64,000 nucleotides of DNA, taken from the NCBI GenBank assembly GCA_002269645.1, contig NIVC01001693.1, positions 66,145-130,144 of the forward strand. The letters are read 5' to 3'. Below the pieces are notes generated by a model. The model worked only from the letters and a program-made list of their open reading frames with translations. It had not been told where the DNA came from and searched no databases. Shown here piece by piece: positions 34,484-64,000 of this stretch; position 1 is the stretch's first letter; each line of letters opens with the position of its first letter. Source of the stretch: Macrostomum lignano (Eukaryota). The position numbers and the translations under genes are program-made.

Positions 34484-35425
34484 GGGAGGCTGGCCCAGCA
34501 ACTGAGGAGCTGGGGAGGCTGGCCCAGCAACTGAGGAGCTGGGGAGGCTGGTCCAGCAACTGAGGATCTGGGAGGCTGGCCCAGCAACTGAGGATCTGGG
34601 AGGCTGGCCCAGCAACTGAGGATCTGGGAGGCTGGTCCAGCAACTGAGGATCTGGGAGACTGGCCCAGCAACTGAGGAGCTGGGGAGGCTGGCCCAGCAA
34701 CTGAGGATCTGGGAGACTGGCCCAGCAACTGAGGAGCTGGGAGGCTGGTCCAGCAACTGAGGATCTGGGAGGCTGGTCCAGCAACTGAGGATCTGGGAGA
34801 CTGGCCCAGCAACTGAGGAGCTGGGGAGGCTGGCCCAGCAACTGAGGATCTGGGAGGCTGGCCCAGCAACTGAGGATCTGGGAGACTGGCCCAGCAACTG
34901 AGGATCTGGGAGGCTGGCCCAGCAACTGAGGATCTGGGAGACTGGCCCAGCAACTGAGGAGCTGGGAGGCTGGCCCAGCAACTGAGGATCTGGGAGACTG
35001 GCCCAGCAACTGAGGAGCTGGGAGGCTGGCCCAGCAACTGAGGATCTGGGAGGCTGGTCCAGCAACTGAGGATCTGGGAGACTGGCCCAGCAACTGAGGA
35101 GCTGGGGAGGCTGGTCCAGCAACTGAGGATCTGGGAGGCTGGCCCAGCAACTGAGGATCTGGGAGGCTGGCCCAGCAACTGAGGAGCTGGGAGGCTGGCT
35201 CAGCAACTGAGGATCTGGGAGGCTGGCCCAGCAACTGAGGATCTGGGAGGCTGGCCCAGCAACTGAGGAGCTGGGAGGCTGGCTCAGCAACTGAGGATCT
35301 GGGAGGCTCGCCCAGCAACTGAGGATCTGGGAGGCTGGCTCAGCAACTGAGGATCTGGGAGGCTGGTCCAGCAACTGAGGATCTGGGAGGGTTGTCTTAG
35401 CAACTGGGAGGCTGGCCCAGCAACT
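34484..35425. repeat. 28-bp minisatellite (TGGCCCAGCAACTGAGGATCTGGGAGGC)
   Basis: Directly visible. Confidence 0.96.
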
Positions 35426-35899
35426 AAGGATATTTAAGGTGAGTATCGAGTCCAAGAAAGCGGGGATAAGGATGGTTGAAAGTAGCAAGCAACATGACTA
35501 AAAGTTTTCAAATTAGTACAACAAGCACAGTTAAAGTGAATGCGAATCAAATGAATAAATTTCTATAAAATAGGCAGGCAATCAAGAAGGCGAATTCAAT
35601 GAAAGCTAATAAAAATACGCATATATATATATAGATAATGGCCGATGGGTCAACGCAGATTTGACATCATACCAGAGACAGATTAAGCGCACGCAAAAAA
35701 TGCAACATTACAATATAAACGAGATCATATATTATACATGTAGTCTGAGTTTTTTGAGCCACGGAAAGCAGGTAGAGCTGGGCGACACAGGGAAGGTTAA
35801 AAACTGGCATCTTATAGCTTTGTCCACATGTAGACTCTGCTCTGGGAACAGATTCAATATATAATAGGCGATATGCGATTTTCGGGTCAGTGCAGTGTG

Positions 35900-36230
35900 G
35901 AGGCGATTTCCTGGGAGAATTGGGGGCGATTTCCTGGGAGAATTGGGGGCGATTTCCTGGGAGAATTGGAGACGATATCCTGGGAGAATTGGAGACGATA
36001 CCTGGGAGAATTGGGGGCGATATCCTGGGAGAATTGGAGGCGATTTCCTGGGAGAATTGGGGGCGATTTCCTGGGGAGAATTGGGGGCGATTTCCTGGGA
36101 GAATTGGGGGCGATTTCCTGGGAATGGGAGAAATGGGGGAAATTTTCCAGGAAAATTTGAGGCGATTTTCTGGGAGAATTTGAGGCGATTTCCTAGGAGA
36201 ATTGGGGGCGTTTTTTGGGAGAATTGGAGG
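35900..36230. repeat. 23-bp repeat (GGCGATTTCCTGGGAGAATTGGG), degenerating rightwards
   Basis: Directly visible. Confidence 0.9.
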
Positions 36231-36431
36231 CTATTTTCCAGGAGAACTGGGAGGCGATTCCCGAGGTGGCCTAGTGGCGATTCCAGGGATGCAGCAAAGT
36301 AATTACTAAAAGCAGTTTATCAAGTTTAAGTTTACACAAAATTTGGTTCGCAGCCTACAAGCGATCACTTAACAATCGGCAATAGATCCGGTTATTATTG
36401 AGCTACAAAAATGTATGACAGGTCATAATAG

Positions 36432-52797
<16,366 letters not shown>

Positions 52798-55700
52798 GTC
52801 TGACTGTACTTGAATTAGATTTACAGTCAAATCAATGTGTTAATTGGCAGCAACATATATAAATAAATATTATCCAATTTTACTTAATCATAATTCAACA
52901 TATATGTAGGTCTTTAATAAGCAAATCATGTATCTTGAAATTTGAAACATCTTTCAATAGTATTTTGTTTATTGTTACTTGGTGGGTAAAACCATTATAC
53001 AAACTACTTGAACACAATTTCAAAGAAATCATCATAAATCTTCAAAAGTAACAAAATCAAAATATAAATTCTATATCTCAATTTAGTTATAAGTTAATCA
53101 TAATTTATCATAATTTATTATAATTTAGTTATCAAGTACTGGAGGACTGGACTTATCAAAAATTAACTTCTATTACCCAAGCTTAGCATTCTAAAAAAAG
53201 AACTAGAAAAATTTGCCACTTTAAAAAAGTAACTTCTGGTACTAAAAGTGCCAGATATGCCAGAACTTTGGCCAACACTGAAGATTGGTGCATATATGCA
53301 GTGTCTAGAACATTTTTTTCGACTATATAAATAAAAAGGGAATTATAAATATACACTTTATTGGCTTACTAACAAGTCAATATTCTAGGTTTAGGCCTAA
53401 GTTTCTTTCTATATACGAGGACCACATTAATGATAGCGGGGCTTGTAACAATATTATGAAGCTAGGACACTTATATATTAGGAAGAGATGAGAGAGGCGG
53501 CATTTGGGTGCAGCGACCATAAATGTACTAGAATATTGATACTATATTTGTATGCTTTAGCTAGTTTTGGTTAACAACAATAAGCCTTATAATAAGGCTT
53601 TGTATCTCCCTTATCTAGTAGGCCTATGCTTAGTTTTGCTAGCTGATTAGTTAAGCTAAATGTCTTTCCTTTTCTTTATTCTTTGCAACCCTTCTCTTCT
53701 ATGCACCTACTTTATAAAAAAAGGTGCTAAACAATTTTGCAACAAATAAATCAAGCAAAAAAATTCACCATTGACAAATTTGGCAATAATCTAGTCAAAT
53801 TTGGTGACAATGAAAACATAACAATAGTATATAGGCCCTAATCTTATTGATTATTTTAATACAATCATATTAAGGCCCTAGTAAATACATATAGGCTTTT
53901 TTTAAATTATACTTGTTTTATCAAATCTTTATCCTATGCTTTTCAAATGTGCTTTCTAAGAAATTTGTTTATATTATACAAATGTATAATTGTCTAGTTT
54001 ATTTTCATCAAATACATTTTTTCTATTAAAGGTCATAAAGGCTCTAGTATAAAAATCATTAAATGGGTAAACTGATTAGTCATATAAGTAGAGTATAATA
54101 TACTTTGATTATAATACGTGGCAAAGGACTATTGAATTGACAATCAGATAAGATAGTAGGCACTTGACTTGTCATTTTGCCTTAGTAAAAATATTTAAAG
54201 AAAACTACATTTAACTATATCTAATAAATATAAAAGATTTATTATCAAAGTTGTGTAGATTGCTACCAATTGTTGCTAAAAAAGAATTGCACAAAAACAC
54301 TGCTTGCTTAGCAGTACAACTAGAATAAAATACCTTCCTGCTAATAGAGAGATAGGCACCTATAGTTTAGAAGGCAACATATATGCTAGGATTTCCTAGT
54401 ATACAATAAGGGTCTTACCATTTTTTAGAATATATCTTAGTGTACATGACACAGCAGATACATTGTGTAAAATGACAATTTTTTATATTGTCACATAAAC
54501 TCGGCATACAAACAAGGTCTCATCATTTTTTCTAGAATAAAACCTGGTGTTCACTAATACATAGGCCCTAATCCAAACTATAGATAGGCACCCATCCAAC
54601 TAACACAAGAAATATACACACACAGCAAGGGGGCATACAGAATAAGCACACTTGGGCACTGAAGCTGGTTTTCTCAGGGCAAGCCTAATACAAAATGCAG
54701 CATATATATAAAAATTAAATTTTAAATATATTCACATTTTATTAATTTGAAAAGCTTAATATTAGTTTTTACATTGTAATAAAAAATTTATAATTTTTTA
54801 GCTTTTTATTTTATAATTATATTACATATTATTTATTATTATTTTAGCTTCCTAATGATTGTTTAACCTTGTTTACTAAAAAACATTAGGCCCTAACCTA
54901 AGCCAAGGCTAATGTTGATTCCAAAATTACTTTTTTTTATAAAAAAATTCTAAAGTATCAAAACATATTCATAAATGATGTTAGGGCAAGCCCTTTTCGA
55001 GCATTTTTATTTGTCAACATAAATTTTATATTTAGTATAAATAGTGTAGTGCAATTTTAATATTTTTAAATCTCTTAATTGGTTGACTGTTTTTAAGTTT
55101 TCATAACAATTATTCTTTTAGAAAATAGACCTCCAGATTTATTTTCTAATTTAGAAAATATTCTAATTTTCTAATATCTTCTAGTCTTCTAATATTCTTT
55201 TTTTCTAGAAAATTTAGAAAACATCTGGACCGAATCACATAAAATATTGCTAGCTTGGACTTGAAATGATAAGGAAAAAACTAGTAAGAAGTCCATATCT
55301 AAGTTTATTTTAAATAAATGATTAATAACATGTTGAGAGGGCTGCTGGCCTGCTGGTGACTGCTGAGTACGGCATGATCGGATCGCATCATTATCTTAGA
55401 AAAAGATGATAAAATTCGTATATTTTTAAATTATCGCTAAAGGCTAGCGCGCTGCGTTTTCGGAGAACTCAGAAAGGGTTTTTAAAAAACTCAAATTTTT
55501 TTGCGTCGGCAAGACTTCGCATCGAAATACGTTTGCCCTCCAGAGGCTAATTCGAAAAAATATAGTAAGCCGAACTCTTGCAAAACACCTATGATTATGG
55601 TTATATTTTGACACTGTCGACTTAGTTGACAAAGGGGGTTTAGGCGATGCCGCAAATACGGTGACAGTGTAGACCTTTACCCCATGATTCACGAGAAAAT

Positions 55701-57522
55701 TATGAACAGCGTAGTAATATCGATTTCCGTACCATGTGTTCATTACATATGCAGAAGATTTCTTTATCACCAGAGTTCCAGAGATGTACACTGTTGCCTT
55801 GAGGGTGGGCTGGCCTAAATTAATGTGGAGTGTGCACGGATCGGCGGATCTACCGTTAATCGACGATCAGCAGCGCATTCGAGGCGCCCGACTGGTTTGA
55901 CTTATTTTTTTATTTCAGAAGAGAGTAGATGAAAATATCTTACCATTTAACAGCTTTCTTTGCCCGCATAGCAAAATTACATATCCAATAGAAAGTGGGA
56001 CGTCTCCGATACGTAACTTTTTTGGTTGCAGGAATGTCCCTGATACGTATCCAATTTTTATGATCCTCTAAAGAAGCTCGTTTCTACAAAAATGGTGCAG
56101 TGAACAGATAATGCTTCCATTATTATTTATTCCATCTACTACTTTGCATATGTCATCGTTGACAAAAACCGGCCTTCAAAACAGTCCCCAATGGTATTGT
56201 AAATGTATATTACGTACATTCGATACTTTTCCTACAATCGGTCCCCATAAGTATCAAAAGATCATGTATTAAAAAATCAAAAATCAAGTTTTAGTTTTCA
56301 CTTATATTGATCAAGTACAATCAAGAACAACTTAAGTCGTCATTTAATTGGTACAAAATAAAGTATCCCACATCAACGCGCGCCAATCTCCCTTTTTGAT
56401 TCTGATGCTGACGTACAAAATCGAAATTATTATATTCATATATTGTCCTTAGCTCTTCATGATATATAATTTTGACCCGCTCTCCATGCAACTAGCCCTA
56501 AAATTTTTATCAGAGTCGCCCCTGACCCACAAATTAATTGGAGTCGTTCTTTAACTCTCGATATGAGATTCGCACAAAACTACAAGCTCAATTGTGCGTC
56601 TTTCTTCATAAATGGATAGCAGATGGCTGTATCAACTACTTCAAGTAGTAGATCAAGAACGTACACAACTTAATTTAGATTCTAGATTCTCATTCTCATT
56701 CTAGATTCTCATTCTAGATTCTTAACGTAGATTCATTCTCAGATACTCAGATATTCAGATACTGCGATACTGCGGGGAGACCACCAGATACTCGATATTC
56801 AGATACTCAGATATTCTGATTAGATACTCACAGATACTCAACCACTGATTGTGGTCTAAAAAAAGGAAGATTAACTTTCAACTTTCAAAAATCAATTTAT
56901 TGTACAAGTTCTGAAACAGCTGGGCCATCTTTAGGTAGGCTAATGTTTAGCCAATACAGTGCGCCTTCTGTCAAGTCATTTGTTTTGTACAAAAACCTGA
57001 AGCGAAATGGACAATTTTCTACAGTGCAGCTTGCGCATGATAATAGAATTGAGTTGGTTGGGCATAGAGACGGAGAACGATCGTATCTTAGCTCAGACGA
57101 GCTGCAGAGGTGCCCACGGAGAGCATCGGAGAGAGAGCAGCGGGAAAAATCCAACAAAACATAACAGAGTTCGTAGACAACGATTTAGCAAAAAATAATC
57201 ACTAAGAAGTTATGCATAAATTTGATTCGATCAAACAAATTTGGAGACAGTGAATAATATTATATTTGAAAATCGAGACTTGAGTTCCGCAATTAAGCTT
57301 GCTTCAAACAATCTAAAAAATATGATCTAGATTGCCATCTCAGTCTACTTGTCAGTAGGCATTTTAAAAGAAGGTTGGTGAATTTTTACACAATTATGGA
57401 ATTTTCCTATGTATGCGGGCGTTCGAATTTTGACTGCCTGATATTAACACCGGAAATACTCCGTTTCTAAGAAAATCTAGCAGGTCTTCGCACCTCTGCA
57501 TCCATAGCGAGTCCTCGGTGCC

Positions 57523-58863
57523 TCAGTGCATCGGCTGGCCGCCCAGCTTCGCTCCCGGCTGGAAGGCCAGAAACGCCGCCGCTGCGGCAGCCGCTTGAAC
57601 AGCCGCCGATGCTGACGTTGGCGGCTGCGGCTGCGGCTGCGGCGGCAAAGCTGGCGCTGGCTGCGGCAGCGGTGGCGCACCAGCCGAAGCCGCAGCGGCT
57701 GAGGCGGTAGCGGCGACAGCGGCTGCAGCGGCGAAGTCGTTCATCGCAGCCTGGGCGAAGGTCAGCGCGTCCATCGGCTGGTGCTGCTGCTGCCCGGCTA
57801 GGGGAAACTTTGAGCAGCTGCCGATGGAGCTGCCGCGTAGGCGGGCGTTCTGATCGAGCAGCAGCTCATTGGCTGCCAGCAGATCGCCGCACTGCCTTCG
57901 CAGTTCGTCTAGCCGGCGCCGCAGGACGGCGTTCTCTTCGGCCAGAGCGCGCAGCTCGCAGCGGCCGCTCCAGTCGAGGCTGCCGACGAGGCCGCCACAG
58001 CTGCCGCCGGAGGGCAGGAAGCCGAAAGCGGCGGCTGCTGCAGCTGCCGCGGCCGCTGCGGCATTCGAAGTCGATACGGAAACTGTTGAGGATGATGCCG
58101 TTGTCGATGCTGAAAATGACATGGTCGCGTTCTGCGCCTGCGTCGGCAGTGTCGGCAGTGTCGGCAGTGTCGGCAGTGTCGGCAGTGTCGGCAGTGTCGG
58201 CAGTGTCGGCAGTGTTGTTGCAGGCTCTGGAATTTCCAGTCGGCGCCGTTTTGGCAGTTGAAACGTTGTCAAGTCGTCCAGAGCAGCTGGTGGTGGTGCC
58301 TGAGTCAGTGGCTGCTGCGACGGCTGCGATGGAGGCTGCGGAGGCTGCGGCGTCGACGCCGGCTGCTCGACGTGTCGGAATCGGCACTTGGCCCCGCGTA
58401 CGCAGGCGCCCTTCAGAAAGTCCTTGCAGACGGGCGGTTGATCGGAAGCTGCATCTGCAAATGCGGCGCTCGCCGCGGCCAAGTCGGCCTGTAGTTGCTG
58501 CTGTTCTTGCTGCTCCTGCTGCTCCTGCAAGAGGCAGGCGGGCAGAACGCCCGTGCTTCTGTAGGCGGCCTCCTCCTCGCGGCTGCAGTGGACGAATCGG
58601 CAGGCCGGCCGCTGGCAGCCGCCGTTCTGGTAGTCGTGGCAGAAGACGGGCTCGGCGGAGCGGGCCAGACGCGCGCACTCCTCGGGCTCAGGGTGCCGGT
58701 AGCGGCACCGACGGCCCCGCTTGCACACGTGGCGGAGGAAGTCGCGACAGACTGCCGCGACCGCTGCCGCTGCGGCTCCTCCGTCTGGCGAGCCCGCGGT
58801 GCCCAGGCCGCTATCGCCGGAGTCGCTTTTGGCGCCGGAGTCGGCACAGCAGGGGTGGTTCAT
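57523..58863 (-). CDS. ZC3H10: CCCH zinc-finger protein ZC3H10 (single exon, ~446 aa from ATG at 58863)
   Basis: Three C3H fingers (CRDFLRHVCKRGRRCRYRH, CHDYQNGGCQRPACRFVH, CKDFLKGACVRGAKCRFRH), a KRRR motif and the coiled coil CELRALAEENAVLRRRLDELRRQCGDLLAANELLLDQNA, all matching human ZC3H10. The track start at 59001 is a TTG. PolyA signal (rc AATAAA) at 56895-56900. Confidence 0.93.
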   Translation of the reverse strand: MNHPCCADSGAKSDSGDSGLGTAGSPDGGAAAAAVAAVCRDFLRHVCKRGRRCRYRHPEPEECARLARSAEPVFCHDYQNGGCQRPACRFVHCSREEEAAYRSTGVLPACLLQEQQEQQEQQQLQADLAAASAAFADAASDQPPVCKDFLKGACVRGAKCRFRHVEQPASTPQPPQPPSQPSQQPLTQAPPPAALDDLTTFQLPKRRRLEIPEPATTLPTLPTLPTLPTLPTLPTLPTLPTQAQNATMSFSASTTASSSTVSVSTSNAAAAAAAAAAAAFGFLPSGGSCGGLVGSLDWSGRCELRALAEENAVLRRRLDELRRQCGDLLAANELLLDQNARLRGSSIGSCSKFPLAGQQQHQPMDALTFAQAAMNDFAAAAAVAATASAAAASAGAPPLPQPAPALPPQPQPQPPTSASAAVQAAAAAAAFLAFQPGAKLGGQPMH

Positions 58864-59112
58864 ACCGATGTGGCTCGCGTACGGAAAAAAACTGGAACGG
58901 AAAACAGGGGCCGCTCCCGAGTCAGTAAAGCCAAGCCAGGGGCAGAAATGTTTCTGGATTAACAAAACGCCGCTTGCCGAATAACTATTAGTGCAGATCA
59001 ATAAATATTTCTTGTCTAGTTGGCTAAGCAGAAGTCTGAAACTTGCTCTTAATTAGGGAGGCTCTTTGAGTCCAATTATTCATTTGGGAAATGCACATTG
59101 TGTTCAGTTTTC

Positions 59113-59718
59113 TCCAGCTGGCAATCCTTCTAACCTCCAGCTGGCAATCCTTCTAACCTGCAGCTGGCAATCCTTCTAACCTCCAGCTGGCAATCCTTCT
59201 AACCTCCAGCTGGCAATGCTTCTAACCTCCAGCTGGCAATCCTTCTAACCTCCAGCTGGCAATCCTTCTAACCTCCAGCTGGTAATCATTCTAACCTCCA
59301 GCTGGCAATCCTTCAAACCTCCAGCTGGTAATCATTCTAACCTCCAGCTGGCAATCCTTCTAACCTCCAGCTGGTAATCATTCTAACCTCCAGCTGGTAA
59401 TCATTCTAACCTCCAGCTGGTAATCATTCTAACCTCCAGCTGGTAATCATTCTAACCTCCAGCTGGTAATCATTCTAACCTCCAGCTGGTAATCATTCTA
59501 ACCTCCAGCTGGCAATCCTTCTAACCTCCAGCTGGCAATCATTCTAACCTCCAGCTGACAAACCTACAAAACTCCAGCCGGCAAACCTTCTAATCTCCAG
59601 CTGGCAAACCTCCGAACCTCCAGCTGGCAAACCTCCGAACCTCCAGCTGGCAAACCTCCGAACCTCCAGCTGGCAAACCTCCGAACCTACAGCTGGCAAA
59701 CCGCCAAACCTCCAGCTG
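59113..59718. repeat. 23-bp minisatellite (CTCCAGCTGGCAATCCTTCTAAC) upstream of ZC3H10
   Basis: Directly visible. Confidence 0.95.
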
Positions 59719-61592
59719 TATTCCACAATCAGTAATCTTTTTCTTTGAAAAAGACGGTTAATAAATTGCAGCCAAAAGAAGTTATCAATGGCATGCGCCA
59801 ATTCTTTTCTGAAATTCTGTTTCGTCTTCTGCCACTGCTACAGCGGTAGCAGACCTGCTCACTCTGCCCAAGCTAGAAGGGATCGATCTTCTTCCGGTGT
59901 TGTCTGGCGCAGCTCCCAACTTCCGCTGCTGAAGGCGTCCTCATGCAGCCCCTGTCAGCCGCCCACCTTCACCGGCCAGATCCCCCAGCCACATGGGATC
60001 GCCCATTGTAAAACTGGTTAGTGGGGAGGAAGCCGAGGGACACGGCTGACTCAGTGTGAAGAAGGATGCAGGTTGAGCTCCCCCCCCCCCTACCACCCCG
60101 TCCGCGTAAAACTTCTGTGCAGCCGTATCCGTGCAAACTGACAGCTCACCCGGGGAGACGCTCTGCAAGAAACTGTAAGAAAAGTTTCTCAAGGTTGCAG
60201 CGCGTGCAGAATAAACGAAAGAAGGCGTGTTCCAGATGAGACCTTGGCAGAGACTGGCAACATCCGGGATGTCTGGAATGCTCTGGAGTATATCACCTGG
60301 CTGTGTCGCCTTGGGAGACTTGAAACTATTCCTAACCCTGACTCTAACTCTAAGCCTACGGGTTAGCAACTAATGGAAGCTGAAGTAAAGCAAAGCCAGC
60401 TAGAACTCGGAAACTTTTGCCCGAGATTGGAAGCGAAGAACTGAAAAGAGAGACTGACTGCGCATGAAATGCTCGAGAAGAGAGCGAGAGAGGGAGAGAA
60501 ACTAAGAGAACAGAAGAGCGAATCTGATCCTCTCAAGAGTCGAACATGAAGTGCTGAGTGACGCGAGCTGTTGGGATTGAAGAGAAGCGAATTGAGTTGA
60601 CTCTCGCACGCACAACACTCTCACTCTGGCCTCCGTCTATAGTACTCGCATATTGAGCAGCAGCGTGAGTGTGAGCCCTAGCTGCTGCTTGAGTGGCCTC
60701 CGTCGATGCCAATGAGCCCCCCTCCCCAATGAAAGCTCGCCAAGAGTGTGGAGCTCGGGTCGTTGACAGCGGCAGTGGCATGAAGAGCAGCGGAGAGTGG
60801 GGGGCGGGGGGCCAAGGAGGCGCTGATACGAGAGCTGTAGGTAGTTGAGGCCACACTCAGACAGAAGAGACAGACGCACCGGATGCCCAGGCATAGCCCA
60901 TTGCGGATGAGGTGGGCATTAGGAAATTGTCTATCGCAGCTGCTTCCAAATGGCCCGCCTAAGACTCCTGGGTGATGGGGTTCGGGCACAGCTCGTAAGA
61001 AAATGGCAGAGAAGATCAATGCGACTTCTCCCCTTCTCTTCCCGGAGGCTCCGACCGGACTCGACAAATCATGCCGGTGACAGGGCTGGGAGGCATTTGA
61101 CAGTGCAGGAAAGAGTTAATGAGTTCAGTGCGATGAGGGAGACCAGACTCCTGTCTTTGACTTGGCCTGAGATAAGAAAAATGAGCGGAATTTGCTTCCC
61201 AACTCGCTGTCTCTTCGACTCTCCCCATCGCCCAATCCATTTATCTGTAATAGCTCAGCCTCCAAGATGAAGATTAATCCTGCTCTCGAGGGCCACCTGG
61301 GCCAGGGCTGGGCGCGCCGGGAGCGGGGGAGGCGTTTTTCGATAGCAGAAAACAAGAGAAAAGGAAATTAAAGAAAAAACTGGCTAGCCAGAGAAGGGGT
61401 CTCAGGAGGGTTGCTCTTCTTGCTGCGTGGAACAAGCAGGAGGCTGCATGCCCCTCAGCATCTTTAGCTACCTGTGTAGCTGCCTGCTTAGTCTGTAAAA
61501 ATCCCAGTTTCTGGAAGAGTAAGGAGAAGTATGAATTACAAATTAAAGTAATTGAGAATTCCCCATTCATGAATATTCCATTCAATAACAGT

Positions 61593-61893
61593 TCCCCAAG
61601 CCTAAGAACCCCCTGCATCCTGACAGTCAATGAGGAATTCCCCAAGCCTAAGAAACCCCCTGCATCCTGACAGTCAATGAGGAATTCCTCAAGCCTAAGA
61701 AGCCCCTGCATCCTGACAGTCAATGAGGAATTCCCCAAGCCTAAGAAGCCCCTGCATCCTGACAGTCAATGAGGAATTCCCCAAGCCTAAGAAGCCCCTG
61801 CATCCTGACAGTCAATGAGGAATTCCCCAAGCTAAAGAGACCCCCTGCATCCTGACAGTCAATGGAGAATTCCCCAAGCCCAAGAAACCCCAT
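61593..61893. repeat. 46/47-bp tandem repeat (CCCCAAGCCTAAGAAGCCCCTGCATCCTGACAGTCAATGAGGAATT), about 6 copies
   Basis: Periods measured as 47, 46, 46. Confidence 0.93.
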
Positions 61894-63017
61894 CCTGACG
61901 AGGAGTCAAAACGGTGCCCTCCTCTCTCGAGCAGCGCACCTGATCAAAGCTTCTCCGCCAGCCAGCCAGCTTCCGCTTGAATTGGCGCCAATTTAAATGT
62001 GCTGTTCTTCTCCCGGTTGACAATTTCACGGCTGTGGCCCTGGGCATATGTGCCACAGGGAGGCTAGGAGGAACGCATCCAGCACCCAGTTAGGAATAAA
62101 CACACACAGCACACACACCAGCACACAAACAGCTAGAGGCATAAAATTTATCCGATATCCCCGAACAGAATTAACGAACAGCCGAAGATCTGGGACACTA
62201 AAACTGGCGGCATGGCAAAAATCCTCAGTTTCGTCACAGAGGAGAAGCTGGTGGGGGGTGCATGGCCTGCGTGGGGATTCCTTCGTTTAATTTTTATCCT
62301 TCATCTACCCCTCACCCACCTCCCTAATCCTAGCTGATCCCCCCCTGTCTGGAGCCATTTTTTCGGCAGTTGGGAGCTGCGGAGCGATATGAAAATGCGA
62401 GCAAAACTCCTTGGCATTCAGATTTTGCCAGACCCGGAGAGCGTCAGCAGAATACGAAAGATGGAGACTGAGAGAGACTGCTGCTGCTGCTGCTGCGCGA
62501 GTGTGAGCACTCAAGAGGGAAGCCGGTCTGCAGCAGCTTCCTGCCAACATCGTTGAACCATCATCCTTCCAGCTCAGACTGGCTGGCGAAAGCTTTGAAG
62601 GAAAACTACACATTCAATGCTCTGCCCCTCGCTCTGCCCCTCGCACACTTCTATAACCTCTCTGTGCCCCAGGCAGCTGCAGACCCACCTCGCTCGCATG
62701 AAATCCGAGTGGCGCGGGTGGGGGGGGGGGTTGGGACGGCGCAGAATTGAGAATTGGCGGAAGAACAGAGAAATTCTCAAGAGCCCGAGAGGGTGGGTGC
62801 GCAAAAGCGGGAGATGGAGAGAAAGAAGGGGGAAGACAGGAGGGATATTGCTCGCTTCTCCTCAGCTGATGGCTGTTCGAATATGAAGGAAGCGCGCGCT
62901 GCAAGGTGCTCAGGTATACCAAAGAGCTGGCTGAGGCTGGGGTCCCTAGTAATTAGAGAGAAAGGAGCAGGCAACGGAAGTAGATTTTCAAGCGGGTTTT
63001 GAACTTCCGTGAAAACA

Positions 63018-63387
<370 letters not shown>

Positions 63388-64000
63388 GATAGATAGGCCG
63401 AGAAGCCTGCACGCACTGCACAGCTGATTAGTCAGCAGCTGATGACCAAGCTGATGAGGAAGTGATGCCTTTATCAGCTATAATGAGACGCACCAGCGGT
63501 TTTATTACAGAAGCAAGCCGGCCACACTGCCTTAAACAGAGACCTATTAATCGACAAGGACTAAGCAAAAGACTGGCTGTGCAGCGAGCTTAAGTTAGCT
63601 AATCCGCAGTTTCTGATGATGGAATTAATTAAATTTCCATTTAGAAAATTTCGAGTATCCCATTATTGTGCACTTTAAAATGCAGGACAAGGTCTTCCGT
63701 CTTCAGCTGTCAAAAGCACCCTAGGACCCCAGGACAGCTGGACAGTTTTCGAGTCTGTGGTCAACGCGCGGAAGGCAGTCGTACTGAAGGTGCCCGGCGA
63801 CATCATGGATGAATGAATAGCTCGTAGAATGGATTGCTATTCTGGCTCTGGCTATTTTCGTTTTTGACTCTTTTGCATCCGGTTTCCCCCGTGCCTTTTC
63901 ATTGGTTGATGATTGCCATAGACAATTTTCGGCCTTCGCCCCTTTCTTTCGATGCACAAGCGCAAAGAACTGAGAATTTCAACAAAGTTCAATTTCAACA

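Noticed and set aside
59780-63000. Fragments reminiscent of retrotransposon gag (QVCYRC, NWRQFKRK, YSADALRVWQNL, charged coiled-coil text)
   Set aside because: The fragments are short, on both strands, out of order and full of stops, with no LTR, PBS, RT or integrase seen. Probably decayed retroelement DNA, but a tBLASTx/HMM search is needed.

Overview
Eukaryotic (metazoan) genomic DNA, not prokaryotic: GT-AG introns, AATAAA signals, CpG-rich exons in AT-rich, CpG-depleted spacers, and no CRISPR. The style (short GC-rich exons, introns filled with minisatellites, ATG-less first exons) most resembles a free-living flatworm such as Macrostomum; this is an inference. Genes reconstructed by hand: a partial minus-strand ORF at the left edge; a co-directional plus-strand cluster TSR2 > mitochondrial SerRS (SARS2) > MED6 > long protein with a C-terminal RFESD-type Rieske domain > NUP54 (13.9-30.7 kb); tRNA-Ser(GCT); minus-strand PTEN (6 coding exons over 16 kb) and ZC3H10. 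Mobile DNA: a 4.57-kb hAT transposon (perfect 16-bp TIRs, 8-bp TSD, transposase with two in-frame stops) carrying a nested mariner relic, several MITEs, a 1.49-kb TTAA-flanked long-TIR element and a tRNA-derived SINE. About 19 kb (my rough sum) is tandem repeat, in more than 20 unrelated arrays, and 11 of 12 reconstructed introns contain one. Most long ORFs in the supplied track are artefacts of these arrays. Top leads: (1) TSR2 and SARS2 have no usable ATG but have in-frame splice acceptors, which fits a spliced-leader-supplied AUG in a polycistronic operon; (2) RIP-like CpA/TpG>TpA decay between the arms of an inverted repeat; (3) a ~629-aa Rieske protein with a long disordered LxPYAG-repeat N-terminus; (4) a tandem array of Helitron-3'-end-like units.
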